Counted from the first letter of the stretch, positions 1 to 13,500 are shown. The stretch is 64,000 nucleotides of DNA from Puccinia triticina (GCA_026914245.1 CP110439.1:3844001-3908000); one strand, 5' to 3'. The notes: generated from the sequence alone by a model not told the origin. Made by a program: numbers and translations.

Positions 1-130
1 ACCAAAATCCATCAATTTTTTGCCCATTCTTGATCTCTCTTTTTATTTCTGGTAGCTTGCAAGCAAAATCTTGCCTACATTCACAATTAGCAAGGATCAT
101 GATAATGCATCTCTTAAATGGGACAGTTGT

Positions 131-1579
131 CACCATGGGAGTTTGCTCAGCACTTGCATGCAAGTGCCATCTCTGAACTCAGTTATAGATTTTGTTGGAT
201 CTCAATTAGATACTGGTTTGAAGGCAAGGTTCATTTCTGACACAACATATTCTTATATTAACTTGAACAACACTTGATGTATTGTATAATGAATGTGTAA
301 AATGTATGCCATACCTATCCTGGAAACAAGGCCAATTTAATGATAAGGTTTACTTGATCCTCAATCTTGACCAAAGTTCCTCATGTTTTGATGGTGATGA
401 TTTTTGACCTCTTTGTAAACACATACCCTGTTGGTTTCTCAGAAACTATTTTTATATTGATTTTCAGGGTGCACACCAAAAATCTGCTAGTTTTTGTTAA
501 ATTGCTTCTATTACACATGGTTCAAACTTATGATGGAGTGTAGTGAGACTCTGGGAGGTCTGATTTGGCCCTGGTACTATGGTTTGACTTTGGCTTGCAT
601 TGACTGAGGGTCGCACTGTCACACAAACGTATAATGCGTGCGGGATTGTGTGACAACTTGTGTCACACAAACGTACGCGCGTACGTTTGTGTGACACATT
701 GTCCATCACAAAACAATATTGCGCCACACTGAGTGCCCCCACAGAACCAGGGGATTCAGAGAACCATGACAAATTTTACTTGATTTTCATACATCTGTAC
801 ATAAATCTCTTTGAGGAGATTTTCTTAAGTCATTCACAACCCCGTGTAATCTGAGGTCCCCCTGGACTTGTCCCAGAATTTGAACTCCCTGAGGAAAAAC
901 TTTAGCAGCTGAAGAATATTTTACACAAATTTAAACATGCATGGTGGTGTGTCACATTTTTCATCACTGAGCCAACTGACACCAAGCTGAGCGCACATGC
1001 AGCACCACAGGCTTATCTGGACCCTTCACAAATTGTATGTAGTTTTCAGCAATATGTATGAATAAAATTTTAGGGAGATTTTATGAAGTCATGTCCAACT
1101 CCTAGTTAATATGAGGTTTTTTCCCATGGACTTTTCCCTGAGCTTCAGCTATGTTTTGAAAAACTTCAGCAACTGAAGAATGTGTCACACAAATGTACAT
1201 GTGCATGTTTTTGTGACACTAACATACATAAAGATTTTTGGAATTTATGATAAACACATGATAAATCCAAATATATCATTCTTGTGAAAAACTGCTTTTT
1301 TAAATTTTTCTGCGGTGTATTTGATATTGCTTTGCAAGGCAGTTTGAAATGTGTTCTCAAATAGTTCCAATAATACATAGAGTCAAGTTTGGGCTGGTTT
1401 TCAATCAAATTCAACCCTTTTTCAGCATTCCTTCAGCTCAATTGAGCATCATCTCAACATGAATTCATCATGACTTCAGTGTATTTTGAGGTTAATGTTA
1501 CAGGATATATCTAACAGGGTTCTTAAACAATATTGTGCAATGGCACTTGCGTGCAAGTGCCAAGCAAACTCCCATGGTG
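131..1579. mobile_element. Non-autonomous CACTA/CMC-like DNA transposon
   Basis: About 39-bp TIRs: CACCATGGGAGTTTGCTCAGCACTTGCATGCAAGTGCCAT at 131 and its reverse complement ending ...AAACTCCCATGGTG at 1579. Flanked by 3-bp TSD TGT/TGT. No transposase ORF inside. Confidence 0.7.
659..698. repeat. Perfect 40-bp palindrome
   Basis: TGTGTCACACAAACGTACGC|GCGTACGTTTGTGTGACACA. Confidence 0.95.
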
Positions 1580-2832
1580 TGTGCTATGAGTAATAATAGC
1601 CCTGGGTGATTTTTCTCACAGCAACCAATACAAGAAAAACTCTAGAAACTGCCAGCAGTTGACATGTGGCATACTCCAGTGTAACTGCCATTGAAACTCT
1701 ACATAACTACATCATGACCTTTCATCTAGCTTGTACAGCCTCTCCATCAACTGCACAAAGTGCGGGAGAGGCTTGTGTCTAAAACGTGCATGCTTGCGTG
1801 TCATGGTTGGGCTTCTGAGGTCCTTTTTGTTTGTAAAAATCATGTAAAATACACACAACCACCCAGTGGATAATAATGTTGGGCAGAGTGTGCCCAAGAT
1901 GGGGGTCTTTATCCCCATCAAGAAGGATTTTGAATTTTTCAAAAATTGTATGTGTAGGATTTTTTACAAGCCAATTTTAGTCCAACATGACTTTTTTTTT
2001 TTCTTTAAACCAAACATTCCTTATGTAATCAATAGAGGACAAGACTGTCATCCCAGGATGGTAAATAGAAAAAGTTTGGAGGAATTTTATGAAGAAGGGC
2101 TGCTGATTGAGAAGCCAAGAATCAACTTCAGTTCAATCTTGAAGAGTCAGATTTTCAGATTTTTGTGATCTTGCAAAGATTCCTGCTGGTCCAATTTTCA
2201 ATATTTTCCTTTAAAAATTGGATGAGGAGGTCCGCACCATTCTCCTCTATCTCTGACCCAACTTTCCACCTACGTTAAGATGAATGTACAGGAGGTGCAG
2301 CCGTCCAAAAGCTGGCTACACCACGGGCGCACTTTCTTGAATTGGGACCATTGGCCCCACGGCTGAGCTCTTTGACTGTCTCACCAACCCCTCAGGTGTT
2401 GGCAAACTGGTGAGAAACCCCGGTTGGTGGCTCCACGGTGGTCAGACCGTTGATCAACCGGTGTAGGGACTCCAAAGGGATGGATGAGGGGTAATTGAAG
2501 TTCCTTTGAGGGGGAGATAAGTTGTGAATAAGTTGAAAGCCTATTACAATTTATGGGTGGTTTGAAAGACCTGCCCCTCTGATGGTACCATGCAAATAAC
2601 CAAGAGTCTTGTAATCAATATTTAAATGGTGTGGCTGATTCCAAAGATAGCTCTTACTTTTGTAGAGTAATCTCTATCTGACCTAGATCACTTGCATCAA
2701 TAGTTGTGGCAAATCTTTTGTAACTTGGTTTAAATGTGGTGAGCATGATAAGGTTTGATATATTTTGTAAAATTTGTGATGTTGAATTGCTGACCCTATG
2801 TTGTTATAATAATCTGTTACAAAGTAAATATA

Positions 2833-3681
2833 CGGTTGGGCTTTAGGCACACCAAAAAAATGCCAGATGCACGCCAAAAAAGGCGTGAACTCCAGACCAC
2901 TCCAAGATTTTTGGAGTGGAGGATTGTTCACTCCAAAACCAGCCCCCATTTGGAGTGCCCAACCCGGCACTCCAGGCTGGTATGGAGTGAACACCCTGCC
3001 ACGCCAAAACCAGCCCCCCCTTGATGGCCAGTCTGCGCCGGCCATTGAGGGCAGTACACTTGATGACCAGTCTGCGCCGGCCATTGAGGGCAGTACACTT
3101 GATTACCAGTCTGCGCCGGCCACCAAGGGCAGTACACTCAATGAACTGCACAGGCCGGCCATCAAGGGCAGTACACTTGATTACTGGTCTGCACCGGCCA
3201 CCAAGGGAAGTACACTCAATGACTGGCACAGGCCGGCCACCGAGGGCAGTACACTCAATGACCGGGATAGAATGGTCATTGAGAGGGATCTGTCCTCTTG
3301 ATGAACGGTCTATACCGCTCATCAAAAGGACAGATCCCTCTCAATGGCCGGTACAGACCAGTCATTGAGAGGGATATATCCTCTTGATGACCGGTCTATG
3401 CCGGTAATCAAGAGGGGTGTGTCCGCTTGATGGCCGGCCTGTGCTGGTCATCAAGTATACTGCCCTTGGTGGCCGGCGCAGACCGTCCCTCAAGGGGGGG
3501 CTGGTTTTGGTGTGGCAGGGTGTTCACCCCATACCATCCTGGAGTGCCGGGTTGGGCACTCCAAATGGGGGCTGGTTTTGGAGTGAACAATCATCCACTC
3601 CAAAAATCTTGGAGTGGTCCGGAGTTCATGCCTTTTTTGGCGTGCATCTGGAATTTTTTTGGCGTGCCTAAAGCCCGACCC
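2833..3681. mobile_element. Foldback/MITE-like element with long TIRs and an internal palindromic minisatellite
   Basis: About 190-bp TIRs ((C/G)GGT(T/C)GGGCTTTAGGCAC...GTGCCTAAAGCCCGACCC). Flanks TAAATATA/TAAATAAA form a near-perfect 8-bp TSD. The interior is ~39-bp GATGACCGG-type units. Confidence 0.85.
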
Positions 3682-4049
3682 TAAATAAATATATATATGG
3701 GTTGGATGTTGGATGTTGGTTGGTTAGTTGTTGGTTCTACCACTGTTTCTTCAACACACACTAAAGTTCTCTAAACTACTCCACTACTAATAACCACAAT
3801 AAACAGAAATTCCTAGGCTTCTAAAAACTAAAACTAACCACAGTGACCAAAACTCTATAGGCTGATCCTAACTAAACTAACTAACCACTTGTGACCAAAC
3901 CTCTGTAGGCTGATGGGAAAAAAAAAGGAAAAATATAGTGGGGAGAGGCCCTCCTTTTATGTTGGAGGAGGAGGGATTTCTGCTGCAGGAAGCTCCTTGT
4001 GAGGGATTTCTGCTGCAGGGGTTCTCACCTACACTGCCTTGCTACACAG

Positions 4050-4440
4050 CCACAAATACAAACAACACAGCTTTGCTGTGCTAGATACACTTTAAATCCA
4101 CAGCCAAACATCTATGATATACAAACTAACAAACAACTACACATCCTTCAGCAGGAGATTTCTGTGAATGCTGGACCAGATACACCCTATCTCCACCTCC
4201 AAACAACACAGCCTGCCAATAGGCTCCTCCTTAAACAAACAAATACACAGCCTTCAGCCAAAGACACTGTGAAGGCTGTGTTAGATACCTTCTAACTCCA
4301 CCTCCAAACAACACAGCCTCCTGATAGAATCTTCCATGAACAAACAAATACAAAGACTCCAGCCAAGATGCTGTGCAGCCTGTGTTAGATACCTTCTAAC
4401 TCAACCTCCCAAACAATGCAGCCTCCTGATAGACTGTTCC
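4050..4440. repeat. Degenerate tandem repeat, ~110-bp unit, about 3 copies
   Basis: Recurring CTCCACCTCCAAACAACACAGCC...AAACAAACAAATACA...TGTGTTAGATACCTTCTAA. Confidence 0.65.
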
Positions 4441-5042
4441 ATGACCCAGCACCTGCCTAGAATGCAAGTACCCTTGCCCATCCAGAATTATGGGGTTCTG
4501 GGCTCTCATCCTCTTCCTCCTGTTACTTCCTTCCTTCCTTCCCCCTGCACACTCCTTCCTTCTGTTCCCCTGTTGAGACAAATTCCTATGTATCATTTCT
4601 CTTCCTTATTTGGTCCATGTTGCCTAGTGTTGCTGTAACTGAATTGTCACAATGCTACTGTATGATTTTTGACATTGACACAGGAACAGAACACCACACT
4701 GGTTTCTTTTAAACCAAAGACCAAAAGGATTGAGCTGTGAATTGCCCACAGCTGTTGGCAAATTTGCTTTTGCCAGCACCAAGGCTTGAACTGGGGTCGG
4801 CTGCCCCCAATACAGTCACTGGACAGATACATTGGTACCCCCAATAGCTCATTCTAGAAGGCCAACCCACAAACTTGAAGTCATGAGGATTCAAGAATGA
4901 GTGTGTAAAATGACTTCAGAAGAATGAATGTAACAAAATAAAAAGTATTTGGAAAAACAAAAAAATTACAAAATTCCTTGCATCAAATGATGATTTTGGA
5001 AACTCTTCAATACTATTCCAAAAAAATAATGAACAATCAGAA

Positions 5043-7423
5043 TCAATAGACTGAAATGTGAAATCCAAGTTTATTAAAATCACAGAAACACAGAAGGCAA
5101 GATCAAAGTTTTTGCCTCTGCTCATTAGCAAAAATCCCATAAAAGTTTGGATTAATCCCCAAACACCCCGGAGGGCACCTTGGATTGACCCTCCAGCCTG
5201 TGCCGGAGCAACAGGCAAAAAAAGGTTGGTCAAAAATGTAATCAAGGAGGCCCTAATCAAGTGATTAGTGGGCTCCAGGGAGGGGGTGGGACGAAACCAG
5301 ATCCCCTGGGGGGACAAACAGCTTCCCTCACACCCTTTAAGTATCCAACCCAGCTGCACAAGACCTGGGTCCTCATGCTTTGCACCCTGAGCACCTCAAC
5401 TTTGGTTGCCAGGGCCCTGTGCCTGGGCAGACACAATGCTGGCCTGTACACACTTGTCCGAGTGGTTACAGGTCAGCTGGAGGGTAAAAAGGGGACTCAG
5501 TTGTCAGTACATATGCAGTAAAGTTAAATGTCTATGACCGATCTGGACCAGTCATCAAGGGGACTCACATCTCCGCTTGATGACCGGTCTGTACTGGTCA
5601 TCGGGACTCACATCTCCTCTCCATGAACGGCCTTTGCCAGTCATCGAGGAGACACATCTCCGCTCGATGACCGGTCTTTGCCGGTCATCAAGGTGACTCA
5701 CATCTCTGGATGACCGGTCAGACCGGTCATCGAGGGGACTCACATCTCTCAATGACTGGTCTGTGCCGGTCATTGAGGGGACTCACATCTCCTCTTGATG
5801 ACCAGTCTGTGCCGGTCATTGAGGGGACTCACATCTCCTCTCAATGACCGGTCTGTGCCGGTCATTGAGGGGACTCACATCTCCTCTCAATGACCGGTCT
5901 GTGCCGGTCATTGAGGGGACTCACATCTTCTCTTGAGACAGGTCTTTGCCAGTCATCGAGGGGACTCACATCTCCTCTTGATGACCGGTCAGTCCAGTCA
6001 TCGAGGGGACTCACCACCTCTCGATGACCGGTCAGACCGGTCATCAAGGGGACTCACCACCTCTTGATGACCGGTCAGACCGGTCATTGAGGGGACTTAC
6101 CACCTCTCGATGACCAGTCAGACCGGTCATCAAGAGTAGATGTGAGAATTAGACTCCCCCACCCTGCCATACCGCTTGCAAGTCAAAGGCCCCCTCCCAA
6201 ACTCAGCTACAAAAGTCCCTCCTGGGCGCTTCGCGCCCGCCTCCGAAGGGGGGACTTCTCAATCAGTGGACATTTTTGGCGTGACGAGTTTTTCAGATTT
6301 TGCAGAGAAAATCCTAAGTCTGCAATAACGTTTTCAAAACAATAGCTATTGTGGCACCGTAAAGACCATGATGAAGGTCTACACTTGGCCTAAAACCTCA
6401 CAAAACTTTGGGGATGTACCACCCCTCCTTCAACAAAAAATTAGCATCAGAAGATGACCTGTGAGACACTCCGCCAGGTACCCCAAAACAGGCAGTTCCT
6501 TTGAGGCAAAAAAGTGACACATCTGTCTGTTTTTTTCCATAGCTCTGACAAGTGTATGTACAGAGGATGAAAAGAAATTTTGCTTTTTTTATGAAACTGA
6601 CATCAAATGTATTGCAATCTGTGAGACAATGCTCCTAGGGACCCCTGTCTGACCCATTATGGGGCTTTCTTTCTAGCTGATTTCTTAACAATTAGGGTGG
6701 GGTGCTATATAACAAAACAAATACTGATAGACGTGCAGGCTTCTTGCCTGTTGATGTACATACATTGAGCAAACCTGTCATGCCAAAAAGAAAAGAAAAC
6801 TCTTTTTTGTAAGTCCCTCCTTTGGAGGCGGAGGAGGGACTCAGTTAAGTTCAGCCCCCTCTGCCTTGCCCCTGCGCAGGTGGTACTTGCACAGACCAAC
6901 TCGCAAGTGTCAATGGCAATCCCTGCCGCCCCCACTCCCAATGCTTCTCCCTGGGGCCCTCCTCCTGGCAACATTGATCAAACTCCAGACAGACCAGGTC
7001 ACACAAGAATGGCACGGATCATGGACAGAGCTTGCTTGGATATGGAGGAATCAGGATTATGAAGTGATTATATGAATCATAACTAAAGTGTTCTTGGATT
7101 TTTTTTAATTGTTCTTGCTATATATTAAGCAGTCTCACAGAAATATTAGGGCTTGACTTATTCAGATTAATTAAAAACTTGTGCAATCCAATTTTTTTGT
7201 ATAAAATTGATTTGAATGAGAAATATGTATTTGTTACATGCATGGGATGCAATGGAGTGTGTGTTCCTTAGCAGGGAATGGGAGATGCTTCACAACAGCC
7301 TACTTAACCAGATTTAAAATAATTTTTGCCTGTCTAATATGGCTAGCCTGTCAAGGGGAGGGGTAATTGAAAGAGGCAGGATGGCCATTGAATTTGCAGC
7401 GGCAAAGCCGCCTTGGCCTCTAG
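5043..7423 (+). mobile_element. Non-autonomous Helitron, family H1 copy 1
   Basis: Probable 5' A|TC at 5043, followed by the conserved module (ATCCAAGTTTATTAAA...GACCCTCCAGC...CCCTAATCAAG...CCCCTGGGGG...CCCTTTAA). The 3' end is hairpin GCGGC-AAA-GCCGC then CTTGGCCTCTAG|T at 7423. Confidence 0.7.
5535..6135. repeat. Palindromic minisatellite array (~38-40 bp unit)
   Basis: About 15 units of CTC(G/A)ATGACCGG-TCTGTG/TCAGA-CCGGTCAT(C/T)GAG-GGGACTCACATCTC. Confidence 0.9.
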
Positions 7424-8152
7424 TGAATTATAATAAATGAAAAAATTAAGGCCAAAATTCAATTGGGATTTTGTGGGCAGTGAAAACACACCAAAAAGTA
7501 CAAAACTGCACTGCAGGCAACAAAAAAACAGTGTTTGATGTGTTTTTACATTCATTCTTCTGAAGTCATTTTACACACTCATTATTGAATCCTCATGACT
7601 TCAAGTTTGTGGGTTGGTCTTCTGGAATGAGCTTTTGGGGGTACCAATGTGTCTGTCCTGTGAATGTAAATGTAGCCCTTGAGCAAGGCCACTTCACAAG
7701 CTCACTACACTCGTCCAGTGTCATTGGCACTGCTTGCATCCAAGCCACTGGCAGGAACATGGGTTTTGGTGCCTGATTATTGGGCCCCAAGGAGGTGGCG
7801 GCCCAGTCCACCAGGCGTGCGGCGGTGACGGGCCGGCCTGGGTACATTTTGCACCCGCTCTGGGGATTAACTCCAACGCCCAGCCAACAGCTTGGTTGGC
7901 CCAGCGTTTGCCCAAACATACATGTGTACCAATCCCCAACGGTTGCCGCCGCGGGCAGACAAACCGTCAGAACAACCGCAGCGCTTACCTCCAGATGATG
8001 TTCTGGTGCGCCCGTGGTGTACACCAAAACTGGCCAACCGTGACACGGTTGTAAGTCAGTTTTAGACTCAAGTCCCTCCTTCGGAGGGGTCGCTCCGTGA
8101 CCAGGGCTGCCCGCCCCCCCGCAGAAGAGGGACTTCACAAGTTTGCCCTTTC

Positions 8153-8191
8153 ATACACAGTCACTGTGCAATGTGCACAGTGACTGTGTAT
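8153..8191. repeat. Hairpin with 18-bp arms
   Basis: ATACACAGTCACTGTGCA-ATG-TGCACAGTGACTGTGTAT. Confidence 0.9.
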
Positions 8192-9755
8192 TCAACCTTG
8201 GTTGAAATAAACTTTGAGAAAGGCTTGGGTATCACCTCAAGCTTCCTTTGAGCTTCTGCATCTCAACTGCTAGCAGTTTCTCGAGTTTCTCTTGTAGTGA
8301 ACAGGCTTTTCAGCTTTCTGTTAGCTGTATCTAGATGATGCTACAATTGGCTCCAGGAAAAGCTAGTAGATTCCACAAGATTAAAGCGTGAATTTGGCAT
8401 TAGTCCGGATGACCAAAACTGACCATCAGTGCATTCTAATGTAGTGTTAGCACAGCTACCTGAATTTTGAGCTTACAGAACAGTTAAGAAAAAAACACCG
8501 CCGTAATTTTTTGAGATGGAAAACGGAGTGTGAGATCCGGCTTTGGGCAAGGATTCTTAATTTTACATCCCCTTTTCTATTTATGAGCCAGGAAGGTCAA
8601 TTGTTTCTTTTTCTGCCGGCGATCACATCAGTGACCATTACATTAGCTTGGTTGCCCTTCACACGAACTACCAACTAATAGACAAAACAGCATGGATTCA
8701 TTGAGACTTTGAAGAATACCCCTAGATAGTGTTGTTGTAGACGAGGTAAGAATGATGCACTTGCCTGAGCACGGTGGCACAGTCTAGAAGGCCTTGACTC
8801 GTCGCTGAAACCTCGCGCTTCAGGCCTGCGACTGGGGGTTATGATTGGAAGTGTCCACCACCGTCGAAACGCAACACCCGGGGATGAGGTCCTCAATGCC
8901 CGGTTCGACATGACTGGGTTGGCGTTGCTCCCAACATCAAAGGTGCTCCGTGGACCGTTGCTCGGGAGTGCTACACAGCCAGCTGGGCAAAAAAATTTGA
9001 TTCTCTAATGAGCGTCGATATGTGACCTTATAAAAGGGGCTCTTGGTGAGCAGATAAGATTCCCTCGCCCATCCTAACCACTCGACCAACTTCCTAGCTT
9101 CTGTTAAAAGATAGACCTCGTCTATGAAAAACACTCTTTTAAGTCGAAGAGTACAACTCTAGCTTAATATTTACACACGATCCTTATAAGACAAGTCGAC
9201 CCAGCTCAATAATCCTGTCAACCCCCCCTAGGCGTTCGCTCTGGGTCAGCTCTGTGTCATTTGATACATTTCTGATTGGAGGAAGTACAAGTTACGGTCG
9301 AGTACCTTCTGCGTCCCGCTTGAAGCCCACTGAGTATTTTTTCTCAGCAGGGCGAGCCAGATTTGTGAAGAAAGCCGCCCCATTAGCTCACCCATTCTCA
9401 GCATCAGCCGGTCCCGCTCCTTGGCAATATAATTCTCTTCGCCAAGACCAAGACCACCAACGTGCTCTAACAGCTGGTTTTCTAGCATCACCAACGTGCA
9501 CAATAATCTGGTACCCGCCTAGCTTACGCTCTGGGAAATACTACCGAAACTGTCTGATTCTCCGTTTGCCAAGAAGATTTGTCTCTGTATATAAACTTGC
9601 CTCCTCAAACGACTCAAACTCCAACACACTCCAATCTCAGTTTTTATCAGGCTCGCAAGCGCTTTCTCTTTGACGGACCTTTAAATTTTTCATTCATTTT
9701 GTATTAGCTGTGTCGTTCCGCTCCACGTGATCTTTCGTTTGATTCATTCTCCATC

Positions 9756-10993
9756 ATGAGTTCTTTTGCATTCGCCGCACCAGGAGAGTTATTCGATATT
9801 AAAATCTCGGTCAAATCTTCAGTCATTCCATCAGTCCTTGCTTCCAAATCTTCAGACAAACCCAAACCGGCCACGGACAACCATTTTCAACGCTCGGTGC
9901 TGTTTTTCGTTCCTGAAAGTGTCCAAGGGAAGCAAAACGTGCCCCTCTTGATTGCCTTCCACGGCTCTACGGAAACCGGGCCTATCTTCCGTAGTAGAAC
10001 AACTGCGATGGGGTACGATAAATTGGCGGCAGAATTAGGATTCATTGTGGCCTATCCCAGCGGATATAAGGGCAACTGGAACGAGTGAGTGGCACTTCTT
10101 CGAGGAAATTGTAGACATTTAATTGGTACTCATTTTTCTTCTTCTTCAGCTCACGGAAAGCGGCCGCCTATCCGGCCAAGCTTGAGAACATTGATGACGT
10201 CGGCTTCACAAAGTCTATCATACAATACTCTTCCGAGAATTGGTCCACCTGTCCGCAACGCACCCTTGTTGCTGGTTATTCTAACGGGGGACACATGTGC
10301 TATCGCCTCGCACTCGAGCTTGGTTCGAGCTACATTGCTGGAGTTGCCATCCACTGTGCCAACCTGCCGACAGATGACAACTCGGATTGCGCGACCCTAT
10401 TGGGAGACGCTGTGCCGATCTGCATCGTTAACGGGACCGCAGGTGAGTTTGTGCTCCCTTAGATGAAATAATTCAGTATTCAATTGGAAAATTTCAGGCG
10501 CTCAATTCCATAATTATCTTCTGCAGACCCCGTCAATCCATGGGGCGGTGGTGAAGTCAGTCTTAGCCACGGACCTGCGACTGGAGGGTCAGTTGGTTCG
10601 CGAGGTTCTCACCGAAGTGCTCTTGAGACTGCAGATTACTTTGCTGGAAGGTTCTTAGACCAGGGCATAGAGCTTGAATTGGAAGAAATTGAGGACATGG
10701 ACGAGATTCAGGATGTGCGCCAATTCCGTAATCCACGTACCGGCCGAGCCTTGGTGAAGCTACTGGCCATGATCGGCGAGGGGCACTATGTCCCCGTCGC
10801 TGGAGGCGAGAAAAAAGCCCTTGTGATAGGCCCTCGCAGAGGATCGGTCCACGCGCCCCGTGAAGGTTAGTCTCTTTCAGTTCACTTCTTGTTACCAAGA
10901 CCCACAACCTGATCTCTCAGTCTCTGATGTCTCATTTTTTTATCAGTGGTCCACTTCTTTGCGGAAAACACTCCGTGCTTCGAGGCTCGCTGA
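9756..10993 (+). CDS. LpqC/poly(3-hydroxybutyrate) depolymerase-like alpha/beta-hydrolase esterase, 4 exons (9756-10084, 10150-10442, 10527-10865, 10947-10993)
   Basis: Motifs PLLIAFHGS, GFIVAYPSG..WND, IDDVGF, nucleophile GYSNGG, acid NGTADP and GEGH. GT-AG introns join the exons in frame to TGA at 10991-10993. Confidence 0.85.
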
Positions 10994-12125
10994 GCTAAGA
11001 ACCATCAACATTCCCGTCTAGAATCCACTGGCTGGTCACACACTGAATCACTCACATCAATGTCGAACATTTGTTTCTTCTCTCATTGATTTCATTTTTA
11101 TCTCGCTCATTTGTGAGGATTTCTTTACATTGAGTTCACTCCAATTATCACAATAGCATACAGGACACTACAGACAATAGAGCAGAAAAATAAGAAGTAA
11201 AAAATAATATTCGAATGGTTACTGTGAATCGAATCAAGATAACAGACTGCAGCTTATGAATCTATGACCTACGTCATTAGATACCGCGGACAGCGTACAT
11301 ATACCACCTCAACAGCATAAACATCTAAACTCCCTAGTTTACATCTACGAATTGATTAATCATTCTGAAGTCCGTTTATCATGCGCATTTGCTAAGTGAC
11401 AGAAGTTCCCAAGGGGGTCACATTTCAGTTTGGGCATTTGGGTTCCCCTCCTTAGACATATTGTAAATATTTCATTAGCTATATTTGGGAGAATTAGAGC
11501 GCGTGACTGTGGCAACGGGCACAGACTGTTCGTGAAGACCCACAAAGACGATCTGATGACAAACACCCGGCGATAAAAACAGTCCAATGCCAAGGGTTCC
11601 GCAGGAGCGAGATGGCGCAGCGGCACACAGCCCGCAAACGGAGAGAGCAAAGCAATCCTCTCAATGACCGGTACTGACCGGTCATCGAGAGCAACATACT
11701 ACACTCTTGTACACCACAGGAGCAGGTCAACGTTCTGTTGACACTCCGCCTTCGCGTCCCCCGAACGTTGCTTTCCTCCGCAGGGGGAAACGTTCTGACG
11801 CGGTCAGAAATTACCACGAAAGGATTGGTTGGCGTGGTTTTGGTTGTCACAACCGCATCCCGGCGAAGAGGAGCGGGCGCGCCGACGTTGTTGGACCAAC
11901 GAGGGTTCTGCACCTTCGTTTGCCAATCACTCCGGCAACGTTAAGTTGACGCCTTTCCCTCCGCGCTCTAGAAGCGCGTCGAGGGATTGAGCCCTATTGA
12001 GCCCACAACGTTGGCAACAGCTTGATCCCGTAAGTGCAGATAGACAAAAGGAACTCCCGCGGGCTCGAACCCACAGCCCATTCTTCCCAGAAGGCTTCCT
12101 TCTGAGGAGTTTCTTGCCAGTTACA

Positions 12126-13500
12126 CACTGCCCGCAAACGGCTAGCTTAACAAAGCCTCTCGGGCGGAGGGTCCGGGGGACCCCGCCCGGAGGGCTCTCC
12201 GCCTCCCTGCGGGAGGGGCGGCTTCGCCGCCAGCCACAGCGCTCCCACCAGGGGGGACTTGTGTTAAGTTAGCGCAAATGGGTGACAAAATCCGGATTTC
12301 GTCGCGCTGACAAAATCCAAATTTTGCCCCGAGTTCAAGCCCCGGCGCTGTTGTCACCTGCCGTGGATTTTGTCACCTGCCATTCTCAGTGGCAGGTGCA
12401 AGAGGAAAGCACAACTCCCTCAATGGCCGGTGCTAACCGGTCATCGAGGGGACATACACACCTCCCTTGATGGCCCGTCTGTACCGGCCATCAAGAGGAA
12501 CACACAACACTCTCTCGTTGGCCGGTCAGTACCGGCCAGCAAGAATAAAGTACTGTTTTCACTCTTGATGGCTGCTACTGACCGGCCATCGAAATGTGAT
12601 GCACACACCCCTCAATGGCCTGTCAGTACACCGGCCATCAAGACAAAAACACTAAACTCTTGATGGCCCGTACTGGTCGGCCATCGAGAGCAAATCACTC
12701 TTGTTGATGTGTATACACATCACCCTTGATGGCCCGTCAGTACCAGCCATCAAGAGGAGCATGATACACTCTCAATGGCCTGAAATGATTGGCCATTGAG
12801 AGGACATACATACCCCACTCAATGGTCCGTCAATACCGGCCATTGAGAGGAATATACTACACTCTTGATGGCCTGCGCTGACTGGCCACCAAGAGTCCAG
12901 CGCTTTGCTCTCGATGACCAGTTGGGTCAATGTACGAGGTGTACATGTCCTCTTGATGGCCAATCATTTCAGGCCATTGAGAGTCTATTTTGTTCCTCTC
13001 AATGGCCAGTACTGACGGGCCATCAAGGGTGATGTGTATACACATCAACAAGAGTGATTTGCTCTCAATGGCTGACCAGTACGGGCCATCAAGAGTTTAG
13101 TGTTTTTGTCTTGATGGCCGGTGTACTGACAGGCCACCAAGGGGTGTGTGCATCACATTTCAATGGCCGGTCAGTAGCGGCCATCGCGAGTGAAAATAAT
13201 ACTTTATTCTTTCTGGCCGGCACTGACCAGCCAACAAGAGAGTGTTGTGTGTTTCTCTTGATGGCCGGTACAGACAGGGAGGTGTGTATGTCCCCTCAAT
13301 GACCGGTTAGCACCGGCCATCGAGGGAGTTTAGCACCGGCCATCGAGGGAGTTGTGCATTCCACTTGCACCTGCCACTGAGAATGGCAGGTGACGAAATC
13401 TGCGGCAGGTGAAGACAGCCCCGGGGCTCGAACTCGGGGCAAAATTTGGATTTTGTCAGCGCAATGAAATCCGGATTTTGTCACCGGTTTGCGGGCAGTG
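12126..13500. mobile_element. CACTG-terminated (CACTA/CMC-like) foldback element nested in copy A
   Basis: TIRs CACTGCCCGCAAAC/GTTTGCGGGCAGTG with 3-bp TSD ACA. The empty site GTTACACTACAC is visible (reverse complement) in copy B near 16755-16766. The two arms are mirror images. Confidence 0.85.
12141..12273. mobile_element. 133-bp GC-rich hairpin mini-element
   Basis: Ends GCTAGCTTAACA/TGTTAAGTTAGC. 7-bp TSD GCAAACG/GCAAATG. Absent from the opposite TIR of the host element. Confidence 0.75.

Noticed and set aside
2683..3684. Repetitive ORFs on both strands
   Set aside because: They are by-products of 39-bp tandem units and TIRs and show no protein motif.
5535..6135. True CRISPR array
   Set aside because: The context is eukaryotic, no cas genes are present, the repeats are degenerate and the spacers here are short and near-identical.
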